This document shows positions 27,660-36,032 of a DNA stretch of 46,155 nt, one piece after another. A program made the position numbers and the translations under genes. The stretch is from contig JBLHWM010000001.1 of the NCBI GenBank assembly GCA_047629095.1, forward strand, positions 1-46,155, written 5' to 3'. This stretch comes from Planctomycetota bacterium. GTDB lineage: Bacteria; Planctomycetota; UBA1135; GCA-002686595. The notes beneath the pieces are model-generated. The model was given only the letters and a program-made list of their open reading frames with translations, was not told the DNA's origin and did not search any database. Positions within the stretch are counted from its first letter, which is position 1. Each line of letters opens with the position of its first letter.

Positions 27660-29123
27660 CTAAAAGCCGGTGGAAGACAGGGCGTTCGTCAGGGTCACGT
27701 TGTCAGGCACGGAGAAGTCCAACGTTGCCATCTGAGAGTAGATGGTTACGCCAGCGAGCCCAGTGGGCCAGGTCAAGTCAAGCACGGCACCGCCAGCTGC
27801 ATTCGTGTTGAAGTTGACCAGCTTGAAGTAGTTGGTGGTGTGGAGCACGCCACCCCAGAGGGGCACCGGGTTGTCCGTGGCGGAGAGCGCCAAGAAGACC
27901 GGGCTGCTAGCAGCAGCTTGGGAGAGGGTCAGGCGGGCGGGAGCACCGTCCGTCAGGTAGCCGAAGCCCTGAAGCTGCGGGATGCCGTTGGCGCCACTAG
28001 GAGAGTTGCCACCAAGGTTGCCCCAGCTGTTGGGCAGGGTCACGATGAACGAGTCACCGTAGCCGAAGAACATGGGCGGCTGTTGGACGAGGAAGGTGTG
28101 GCCGTCAAGGGAGACACCGGGCACGCGGTTGATCGTGTTGCCGGTCGGGAGAGTGATCCCGTAGTTTGCGAAGAGGTCGTTGATGTTCTGCCCTCCGGTC
28201 CACGCGGTCCAGATTAGGCCCGTATCGGGGGAACCGAAGGGACCGCTTGCGCCGCCACCAGCACCAACAGCCACGCGGCCATCAGCGGAGATGTCGAGCA
28301 TGCCCTCACCGGAATTGTTGAGGCCAGCTTCGCCTGCGGGGAAGTGCAGAGCGCCGCCGCTGGCGACAACAGGACCGTCAAAGGTGGTGCCCACGAAGGA
28401 TTCACCGGTGAAGTCCGTAGCGAAAACCTCGCCACCTCCAGTCGGGTTTGCGACGGTCAGGTAGGGGAAGGAGAGAGTTCCTGCTTGGTCCCAAACGGCG
28501 CCAGAACGGCTAGTTGTCTGAATCCAACCAGCACTGACCAAACCGTCGCCAGAGGTCGCGGAGACCCTAGCGCTAGGCTGAGCAGTGGGAACGATGAACG
28601 AACTCGTGTCGAGCAGTTGGTACGTGTTGTTGACGATATCCCAGCGAAGAGGCCACAGATTGCAGCCCTGAACGGCGCTGACGCCGCCGACAGTTCCAGC
28701 CCAGTTGACGGAGCTGTTTGTCGAGGTAATGCTGCAACCATCGGCGTAACCCGGAGGGAACTGTGCGGTGGTGCTGCCACTGCCCGCGCCAGCTTGCCAG
28801 AAGCCGGGGGCGGCAGCGCCGATGTTGGGATCCTCAAAAGCACCAGCGATGATGCTGCCGTCGAAGTTCATGCGGCCGGCGAAGGACCCAATGTTCGTCA
28901 TCGTGCCGGGCAGAGTGATCTGGTTACCGGCCGGGTTCCAAGGGGCGACCAATCGAGCGGCACCGCTGACATCCTCACCCGAAACAGCGGTTCCGCTTGG
29001 CGAGAGGTGGTAGGCCGTGAAGCCGCTGGGCAGCGGAGTGATGGTTGCTTGAGCTGCGGCTGTGGTCGTCGCAAGGGTGAAGGCACCGAGCGTGATCAGT
29101 GAGGTAGAAAGGAAGGGCTTCAT
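27660..29123 (-). CDS. Secreted Gly/Thr/Ala-rich repeat protein, possibly HAF-like extracellular repeats (tentative)
   Basis: Signal peptide MKPFLSTSLITLGAFTLATTTAAAQA. Recurring segments such as SATSGDGLVSAGW, ISADGRVAVGAGG...GLIWTAWTGGQNINDL and VSLDGHTFLV. No catalytic motif seen. Confidence 0.6.
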   Translation of the reverse strand: MKPFLSTSLITLGAFTLATTTAAAQATITPLPSGFTAYHLSPSGTAVSGEDVSGAARLVAPWNPAGNQITLPGTMTNIGSFAGRMNFDGSIIAGAFEDPNIGAAAPGFWQAGAGSGSTTAQFPPGYADGCSITSTNSSVNWAGTVGGVSAVQGCNLWPLRWDIVNNTYQLLDTSSFIVPTAQPSARVSATSGDGLVSAGWIQTTSRSGAVWDQAGTLSFPYLTVANPTGGGEVFATDFTGESFVGTTFDGPVVASGGALHFPAGEAGLNNSGEGMLDISADGRVAVGAGGGASGPFGSPDTGLIWTAWTGGQNINDLFANYGITLPTGNTINRVPGVSLDGHTFLVQQPPMFFGYGDSFIVTLPNSWGNLGGNSPSGANGIPQLQGFGYLTDGAPARLTLSQAAASSPVFLALSATDNPVPLWGGVLHTTNYFKLVNFNTNAAGGAVLDLTWPTGLAGVTIYSQMATLDFSVPDNVTLTNALSSTGF

Positions 29124-29380
29124 TTGGTGTTCTCGGGTTCGAAAGGGGCCAGGTCCAGGCCCGTCGGAGTTCATCAATCCACGTACCTCTCTTGAGGTAG
29201 ACGCGAAACATCATTAGTTCGAACTCAACTCTACATCGAGATCCGAATAGAGGGGGAGATTTTCCCCAGGGAAGCTCCCGGCTTGTAAATTCCATAACTT
29301 AGGCGCAGGAATCAAGGTGCCCCATCCACCGAACCGTCGCTCTGGGCCAAGCGTCGAGCTTCCAAACCAAATGCGCCTCC

Positions 29381-31744
29381 CTAGAAAAGCGAAGCGGGAT
29401 CCACATCCACCACGACTTTAGTAGCCCGTTGCGTTTGGGCAAACTCGACAAGCTGCTGTCTGGCGATGCCAAAGGCCTCCGGTCCAGTCACCGAGCGGGC
29501 CGACGCCTTAATAAGGATATGCCGGCGATGCCGCCCACGGAGTAGCGACATCGGTGCAGGCGCCGGGCCAAGTACAGGCACATGGAAATCCCTCAGAGCT
29601 TCAGTGAGAAGCCCCGCACACTGGGTCGCCACCTGGTCGACGCGCTCGGCATCCTCGTCCTCGAAGATCACTCGCAGAAGCCGACCCGTGGGCGGGTAGC
29701 CGAGTTCGTCGCGCAGCTCGCACTCCTGCTTGGCAAAACCCTCGAAGTCGTGCTTGGTAGCGAAGCGCAGGGCGGGATGCTCGGGAGAGTTTGTCTGCAC
29801 GTAGATGCGCCCCTCGAGTGCGCCGCGACCGGCGCGGCCCGCGACCTGGGACACAAGCTGGAAGGTGCGCTCTGCGGCGCGGAAATCCGGCAGGTGAAGG
29901 GACGTATCCGCGGAGACGATGCCGACCACGGTCACGTTCGGGAAGTCGAGTCCCTTTGCAATCATCTGGGTTCCTACCAAGAGGTCGATCTCACCCTTGC
30001 CAAAGGCCTCGAGACAGCGCTCGTAGTCCTCGCGACGGTGCATCGTGTCCGAGTCCATGCGCTGGATACGCGCGTCCCCGAACTCATCGCGCAGCGCGGC
30101 CTCCACCTGCTCGGAGCCAGCTCCGAGCATGCGCAAACCGGGCGCCGTACATGCCGGGCATGCCGTGGGTGCGGACTGCTCTTCGCAACAGGCGTGGCAC
30201 ACCAAACGGTTCACGCGCCGGTGCCAAGTCAGGCTCACATCGCACTGCTCGCAAGTCACGGTCTCCTTGCAGTTGGGACACCACATCACCGGCGAGAAGC
30301 CGCGCCGGTTCAGGAATAGAATGCCCTGCTCCTTGCGCTTGATCGCTGCGCCGAGCTCCTGCACGAGATGGCGCGAGAAGAGTCGCGACTCACCAGGACC
30401 CGGTTTTTCGAGCTTCATGTCGACGATCTCCACCCGGGGCATGCGGCCGCCACCCACGCGCTCGTCCAGGATCAGTCGCTCGTACTCACCACGGCGCGCC
30501 CGGTCCCAGGCTTCTAGGGAAGGCGTCGCGGAGCCGAGGATGCAGAGCGCGCCCGATCGCCGAGCGCGCTCCACAGCAACGTCGCGGGCGTGATAGCGCG
30601 GGCTCGACTCCTGCTTGAACGACGGCTCGTGCTCCTCGTCCAAGATGATCACGCCCAGGTCTTCCACCGGGGCAAACAGTGCCGAGCGAGCGCCGACGAC
30701 GACACGCGCTGCGCCGCTCTTCACACGCATCCACATGCCTAGGCGCTGCACGTCGGTCATGCGGCTGTGTAGCACAGCGACCTCGCCGAAGCGCGCCCGG
30801 AACCAGGCGACAGTCTGGGGTGTGAGCACAATCTCTGGAACCAACAAGATCGCGCCGCGCCCCTGGTCGAGGGCGGCTTGGATCGTGCGCAGGTAGACCT
30901 CGGTCTTGCCACTGCCGGTGACGCCTTGAAGTAGGAACGTACGAGCCTCGCGCTTGTCGAGTACCTCTCCGATGCGCTTGGTTGCGGCGGCTTGGCCTTT
31001 CGAGAGCTCCTTGTGGGTCGGGCGCTCTGCGGCCTCGTCGGTCCACAGTGGGTCGCCAGTCTGCTCGACGTACTCGATGACCACTAGGCCGCGCTTGGCT
31101 AGGGACTTGGCCGGCGCATCCGATAAGTTCGTCTTGCGCAGAAGCTCGACCAACTCCATGCGGCCGCCGACCTCCATCAAGGTTCGCAGCAGGCGGTGCT
31201 GCTTCGCGTGCTTCTTTTCGAGTTCGTGGTAGACCTCGGCCGGGATCTTCTCCGCGTACTCCTTGTGCACGGCGAGGAAGCGAACCCGGCGGCGCTTGCT
31301 CTCGCGCTTTAGAGGCGCGGGCAACAAGACGGCCAAGGCCTCGCCCCAAGCGCATGCGTACGTCTCGGCCATCCACGCGGTGAGACCCAACAGCTCGGTT
31401 CCAATCAAGGGCGCCTCGTCGAGAACCCGCGTGATCGGGCGCAGCTTGCGCAGGTCGAAACTGCAATGAGGCGAGGTCGAGACCACGACGCCGACCTCGC
31501 GCTTAGCCACGCCGCGCGCACCGAACCCAACGGCCACGCGCATGCCCTCTTCCACCTTGCCAAGCAGCTCGTCGGGCACACCGTAGGTGAACTCCGTGTG
31601 CACCGGGCGGTTTAGGGCGACCGTGCAATAGAGGCCATACTCCTTCGCCGGACGCTTGGGCTTGGGCTGCTTCGGCTTCTTCGCCGGAGCCTCGGGAAAG
31701 GCATCGGGAAACAGGCTACCGGGAGTGAATCGTTCTTCGGCCAA
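29381..31744 (-). CDS. priA: Primosomal protein N' (replication restart helicase PriA)
   Basis: GVTGSGKTEVY Walker A, LDEEHE box, Cys-rich zinc region CPNCKETVTCEQCDVSLTWHRRVNRLVCHAC...CPAC. The TTG start at 31744 is uncertain. Confidence 0.93.
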   Translation of the reverse strand: MAEERFTPGSLFPDAFPEAPAKKPKQPKPKRPAKEYGLYCTVALNRPVHTEFTYGVPDELLGKVEEGMRVAVGFGARGVAKREVGVVVSTSPHCSFDLRKLRPITRVLDEAPLIGTELLGLTAWMAETYACAWGEALAVLLPAPLKRESKRRRVRFLAVHKEYAEKIPAEVYHELEKKHAKQHRLLRTLMEVGGRMELVELLRKTNLSDAPAKSLAKRGLVVIEYVEQTGDPLWTDEAAERPTHKELSKGQAAATKRIGEVLDKREARTFLLQGVTGSGKTEVYLRTIQAALDQGRGAILLVPEIVLTPQTVAWFRARFGEVAVLHSRMTDVQRLGMWMRVKSGAARVVVGARSALFAPVEDLGVIILDEEHEPSFKQESSPRYHARDVAVERARRSGALCILGSATPSLEAWDRARRGEYERLILDERVGGGRMPRVEIVDMKLEKPGPGESRLFSRHLVQELGAAIKRKEQGILFLNRRGFSPVMWCPNCKETVTCEQCDVSLTWHRRVNRLVCHACCEEQSAPTACPACTAPGLRMLGAGSEQVEAALRDEFGDARIQRMDSDTMHRREDYERCLEAFGKGEIDLLVGTQMIAKGLDFPNVTVVGIVSADTSLHLPDFRAAERTFQLVSQVAGRAGRGALEGRIYVQTNSPEHPALRFATKHDFEGFAKQECELRDELGYPPTGRLLRVIFEDEDAERVDQVATQCAGLLTEALRDFHVPVLGPAPAPMSLLRGRHRRHILIKASARSVTGPEAFGIARQQLVEFAQTQRATKVVVDVDPASLF

Positions 31745-31759
31745 GGCGCGTGGAGTGGA

Positions 31760-32053
31760 CTATTTGGCGTGGGGGCAGGCGCAGGGTGTCGCTTCGCAGC
31801 GCGGGCAGCCCTTGCCGTACTTCTTCTCGACGGCAGCGGTCAGGTCGATACCGGCCATCGATGCTAGGGTCGACATCCAAGCGAAGACGTCGGCGAATTC
31901 GCCTTCGAGCTCATCCTGTTGGCCGCGGCGCAGGGCGCGAGTGAGCTCCCCCACCTCCTCCGCGAACCACATGTGAGTGGCATGGAGACCGCGCTCGTTG
32001 TCGCGCTCGAAATAGATGGCTTCGATCAGCTTTTGAAACTCGGCGATTTGCAT
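31760..32053 (-). CDS. MazG-like nucleotide pyrophosphohydrolase domain protein with a Cys-rich tail
   Basis: FAEEVGELTRAL...EGEFADVFAWMSTLA (EExxE...ExxD MazG pattern). C-terminal tail GKGCPRCEATPCACP. Confidence 0.75.
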   Translation of the reverse strand: MQIAEFQKLIEAIYFERDNERGLHATHMWFAEEVGELTRALRRGQQDELEGEFADVFAWMSTLASMAGIDLTAAVEKKYGKGCPRCEATPCACPHAK

Positions 32054-32151
32054 GGTTTAGCAGTCCGTTGGTAGAGAGTCCCTGGGGGACGAAGGCGATG
32101 CCGTCGAAGCAAGGCGGGCGAAATCGTTGTGGGGCACCATAAAGAGCCCGG

Positions 32152-33510
32152 CTATTCCGATTCGCGCAGGACAGTGATGATGGAGATGTCGAAGGGGATC
32201 GGCTCGTCGCCGGCGAAGTCGTCGATGCAGGTCCGTAGGGCCCGCAGAAACTTCGGCGTGGGCAGAGCGGCGGAGCGACCAAAGGCCCGGAACCACTGCT
32301 CTTCACCGAGCTCTACGCCCTCCGCGTTGGAGACCTGCACGGGTCCCTGGTTGGAGAGCATCAAGCGATCGCCGGCCGCAAGGTCCAGCTCGATCACTTC
32401 AAGGCTGCGGTCGAAGACGGGGCCCTTGTCAAAGCCGAGGGCAAGCCCACCGGGGTGAACCTTGCGCAGCTTCTTCTCGGCGGCGTAGTAGTGCAGGAGC
32501 GGAACCTTGTGCCCGGCGCAGACGACCTGGGCCTTGGCCTGTGTCGGATCCAGCAGCAGGTAAAAAGCCGTCACGTACATGCCGCGGCGAACATCCTGCT
32601 GCAAGGTGCGGTTCACATACTTGAAGGACTCCGCAACGTCACCGCCGCGCACTAATTCTGCGGCGAGATAGGCGCGGGCCGTCGCACCCACAAGGGCCGC
32701 TGGGACTCCCGTGCCGCTGACGTCGCAGACCAGCACGCCCACACGGCCGTCCTCGAGTTCGATGAAGTCGTAGAAGTCGCCGAGCAGCTCACCCGACGGT
32801 AGGTGGCTCGAGCGGATGTCGTAGCCCACCACATCCGGGGTGCCGAAGGGCATCAGAGCTTCGCGGACTCCCGACGCAAGCTCGAGCTCGCGCTCGCGCA
32901 TGTTGAGTTCAAGTTCGGACTCGCGGGCACCTTCTAGGTCCGCGCCCATGCGGTCGATGGCCCTGGCGAGCAGCGCGATCTCGCCGCCACCCTTGGAACG
33001 CGTTCGGTGCCCAAAGTTGCCCCGGGCGATCTGGCGGATGTCGTCCACGATGCGCCGCAGGGGGCCGGTCACCTGTCCGGCTACAAACATCGAAACACCT
33101 GCGCCAGCCAGGATCACCAGCAGGATGATGATGCCGATCACCTTCGCCAGCTTAGAGCCGAGGCTCTCCGCCTCGAGGGGCACCAGCCATTCGGTCTTGC
33201 GGCCGTTTCGCTCGGTGCGGTAGAGCAGAGCCTTCTTGCCCCCACTGTGGGTCACGTTGAAGACCTGTACGCCGTGGAAGCCGGGCACCAGCCAACCCGT
33301 GGTGTCTAGGTCGTAGTCCGGATCGTCCAGGGTCAGCTCGATGCCGCCAGCTAGGGCGAAGTCGCGTCCCTTGGCCGCGAGATTGTCCGCGCTTGTGTGG
33401 ATCCAATAGCCAGCTGCAATCATAACGACCGCGAGGGCAATCGTCATGGCCAGGGCGAACCGAGCCGCCAAGCCAAGTCCCTTCACACGTACGTCATTCG
33501 AGCGAGCCAT
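32152..33510 (-). CDS. Membrane sensor PP2C-type (SpoIIE/RsbU-like) serine phosphatase with a HAMP domain
   Basis: Two TM segments flanking an approximately 110-aa outside loop, a HAMP segment (VTGPLRRIVDDIRQIARGNFGHR), then GDFYDFIELEDGRVGVLVCDVSGTGVPAAL. Confidence 0.85.
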   Translation of the reverse strand: MARSNDVRVKGLGLAARFALAMTIALAVVMIAAGYWIHTSADNLAAKGRDFALAGGIELTLDDPDYDLDTTGWLVPGFHGVQVFNVTHSGGKKALLYRTERNGRKTEWLVPLEAESLGSKLAKVIGIIILLVILAGAGVSMFVAGQVTGPLRRIVDDIRQIARGNFGHRTRSKGGGEIALLARAIDRMGADLEGARESELELNMRERELELASGVREALMPFGTPDVVGYDIRSSHLPSGELLGDFYDFIELEDGRVGVLVCDVSGTGVPAALVGATARAYLAAELVRGGDVAESFKYVNRTLQQDVRRGMYVTAFYLLLDPTQAKAQVVCAGHKVPLLHYYAAEKKLRKVHPGGLALGFDKGPVFDRSLEVIELDLAAGDRLMLSNQGPVQVSNAEGVELGEEQWFRAFGRSAALPTPKFLRALRTCIDDFAGDEPIPFDISIITVLRESE

Positions 33511-33519
33511 GGGCAGAAC

Positions 33520-34059
33520 CTAAACGGCGACGACCCACGCGGTGGGCTCCAGGACATAAGCGCGCAGCAGCGCCATCACAGCGAAGCCGTAGATCCCCGC
33601 CATCACATCGTCCAGCAAGATGCCGTCGCCGGGGCGGAAGGCGCTGGACTCGGTCTTGCCCACACGCTCGAGCCAGTGGCAGGGCTTGGGCTTCCAAATA
33701 TCGAAGAGCCGGAATGCGAAGAAGGCTGCCGCGAGGGACAACAAGGTCGGCTCCCCAATCCACGCGACGGTGATCAGGTAGCCCACCACCTCGTCCTGTA
33801 CGAAGAAGCCCGGGTCCTTCTGGCCGCCGTGCTGTTCTGCCCACTCGCCCAGGGTTCTGGACACAAGATAGATCACAAGGGCGAGCCCGAGACACCAGGC
33901 CCAGAACGGTTCGGCGCCGCGCATCAGGTACGCGAAGAGCACGCCGCCCAGGGTCCCGACGGTTCCCGGCATCACAGGCGAAAGGCCCAGGAACCCGCAA
34001 GAGACAAAAGCTAGCTTAAGGCGATCCACGGCAAACTGGGCGTTACTCGTCGCCCTCAA
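33520..34059 (-). CDS. pgpA: Phosphatidylglycerophosphatase A
   Basis: GFLGLSPVMPGTVGTLGG, FRLFDIWKP, DDVMAGIYG. The start is ambiguous (TTG at 34059 overlapping pgsA, or GTG at 34029). Confidence 0.88.
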   Translation of the reverse strand: MRATSNAQFAVDRLKLAFVSCGFLGLSPVMPGTVGTLGGVLFAYLMRGAEPFWAWCLGLALVIYLVSRTLGEWAEQHGGQKDPGFFVQDEVVGYLITVAWIGEPTLLSLAAAFFAFRLFDIWKPKPCHWLERVGKTESSAFRPGDGILLDDVMAGIYGFAVMALLRAYVLEPTAWVVAV

Positions 34060-34663
34060 AATAGGCGCGGGCTTTGATCACATAGGAGATGCCCGAGCCT
34101 ATGGATGTGACCAAGGTGGCCCAGACCAGAACGTGGGTACACCACGACAACCAGGCCAACTCGATGCCGATGGCCTCCCAGTCGAAGCTGATCCGCCCCA
34201 GTGCGAAGCCGATGGCGAAGCACTGCACCACCATCTTGATCTTGCCGAACATGTCGGCTGCGAAGGAACCACCCTGACTCTCGACATAGCTCCGGATTCC
34301 GGTCACAAGGAATTCGCGTGCCAAGACGATCACCACGATCCACGCAGGAAACCAAGGTTGGGACCAAGGCATCACGGCCAGGAAGATCATCGAGCCAAGC
34401 ACCAGGACCTTGTCCACGAAGGGGTCCGCAATGCGGCCGAAGGCGCTGACTAAATTATCCCGCCGAGCGAGGTAGCCATCCAGGTAGTCCGTCAGGGCCG
34501 TCACAATGAAGAGCCAGAAGGCAATCTGTGTCGAGGTCTTCCGAACCACGTCCGCCTCGCCAGGGTCTCCCCAGCTTGCGAAGATTCCGAACAAGACGAT
34601 AGCGCCCACAAAACGGACCGCGGTAATGCGGTTGGGCCAGTGCTTAAAAACGCCTTGTGTCAT
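34043..34663 (-). CDS. pgsA: CDP-diacylglycerol--glycerol-3-phosphate 3-phosphatidyltransferase
   Basis: CDP-alcohol phosphatidyltransferase motif DYLDGYLARRDNLVSAFGRIADPFVDK. ATGA overlap with the rimO stop. Confidence 0.92.
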   Translation of the reverse strand: MTQGVFKHWPNRITAVRFVGAIVLFGIFASWGDPGEADVVRKTSTQIAFWLFIVTALTDYLDGYLARRDNLVSAFGRIADPFVDKVLVLGSMIFLAVMPWSQPWFPAWIVVIVLAREFLVTGIRSYVESQGGSFAADMFGKIKMVVQCFAIGFALGRISFDWEAIGIELAWLSWCTHVLVWATLVTSIGSGISYVIKARAYFEGDE

Positions 34664-36030
34664 GCTTGAAGTTCGGAGAGGGTCCCGATCAGGTTGAACT
34701 CATCATCCACTTCCGACACCCTCATGGGCAACCTCGAACCCACAGCAACTTGAACTCCTTCGATAATCGCAAAGGGATCGACCTCGGGAGCATCCTTGAC
34801 GGTGTGTCCCACCACGCGGCTCTCGTGAATCTCATCCACAAGCACCTCGACTTCCTGGCCAACGAAGCGCGCTTGGTCTTTGGCGAGCACGATATCGCGG
34901 GCCTCGAGCACGGCTCGGCGCCTGCGCTCGGCCTCGGCAGCCGGCACGCGGTTCGGTAGGTCGTAACCCGTGGTGCCCTCTTCCGGTGAATAGGTGAACA
35001 CGCCCATGCGGCCCAGGTTGTAGTCGTGCACAAAGTCCACGAGGTCGGCGGCGTCCTTCTCGGTCTCGCCAGGGAAGCCGACCAACAGGGTCGAGCGCAG
35101 AGTCACGCCAGGTACGGCCTCGCGCACATGGTCCAGGGTCCGGCGCACCACGTCGCCGTTGCCGGCACGTCGCATCGACTTCAGGACGCCCGACGCAATG
35201 TGCTGCACGGGAATATCCAGGTAGGGTAGGACCCGTGGATGATCGCGCATCAGGTCGAGCACTCCGCCCGGGAACTTGTTCGGGTACGCGTACATGAGGC
35301 GCAACCCGAAGTCCGGATCAGCACCCTCATCGAGTTCCTTGTTCGTGAGCTTGATGTCAGCGAGGGCGCGCACCAGGCTCGACAGGTCGTCGCCGTGCTC
35401 GCGGCCCCAGGCCGTAGAGTCTTCCGCCACGAGCATCAGCTCGCCGACACCGCCGCGGATCAGATCGCGCGCTTCGGCGACGACACCCTCGAGTCCCTTC
35501 GAGCGGTGCGGACCGCGGATGCCCGGGATCGCGCAGAAGCTACAGGTGTGATCACACCCGTGGGAGATACGCAAGTAGGCGTAGGAGCGCGGCGTCGCGA
35601 GTAAACGCGAACCTTCGCGTTCTTCGCCCGGACGCTCCGACGCGATGTACCGGTCAACCTCACCGCCCTCGAGCAGCGTGCTCAAGGAGGTGGCTAAGGC
35701 CGAATAGTCGGAGATCTCCGAGAAGAGATCGATCTCGGGAAAGCGCTTCTCGAGGTCGCGTGCGTAGCGCTGCACCATGCAACCCGCGACGACCACGGCG
35801 CGGATTTCGCCGCTCTTCTTGCGCGCAATCAGGTCGCGCATAGCCGTCTCGGATTCCTCCCGGGCGGGCCCGATGAAGGAGCAAGTGTTGAGCACAATCG
35901 CATCGACACCGCGGTCGTCGCCACTGACGGCGAGGCCGGCTTCGGCGAAACGAGCGAGCATCAGCTCTGAGTCAATTAGGTTCCGGGCACACCCTAGGTG
36001 TACAAGGGAAACCGCTGCTGGTTGAGTCAT
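34660..36030 (-). CDS. rimO: Ribosomal protein S12 methylthiotransferase RimO (radical SAM)
   Basis: VSLVHLGCARNLIDSELM N-terminus, radical SAM CDHTCSFC, C-terminal TRAM-like segment (VGQEVEVLVDE). ATG at 36030. Confidence 0.88.
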   Translation of the reverse strand: MTQPAAVSLVHLGCARNLIDSELMLARFAEAGLAVSGDDRGVDAIVLNTCSFIGPAREESETAMRDLIARKKSGEIRAVVVAGCMVQRYARDLEKRFPEIDLFSEISDYSALATSLSTLLEGGEVDRYIASERPGEEREGSRLLATPRSYAYLRISHGCDHTCSFCAIPGIRGPHRSKGLEGVVAEARDLIRGGVGELMLVAEDSTAWGREHGDDLSSLVRALADIKLTNKELDEGADPDFGLRLMYAYPNKFPGGVLDLMRDHPRVLPYLDIPVQHIASGVLKSMRRAGNGDVVRRTLDHVREAVPGVTLRSTLLVGFPGETEKDAADLVDFVHDYNLGRMGVFTYSPEEGTTGYDLPNRVPAAEAERRRRAVLEARDIVLAKDQARFVGQEVEVLVDEIHESRVVGHTVKDAPEVDPFAIIEGVQVAVGSRLPMRVSEVDDEFNLIGTLSELQA

Positions 36031-36032
36031 GT

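Noticed and set aside
27627-29102. Plus-strand ORFs (196 and 252 aa) opposite the secreted repeat gene
   Set aside because: Only the minus-strand frame has a signal peptide and repeat structure, and it is bracketed by a terminator. The plus-strand frames lack any feature.
30486-31466. Alternative-frame 326-aa ORF within priA, and plus-strand ORFs in the same region
   Set aside because: The PriA frame carries all helicase and zinc motifs. The alternatives are Arg/Pro/Gly-rich artefacts.
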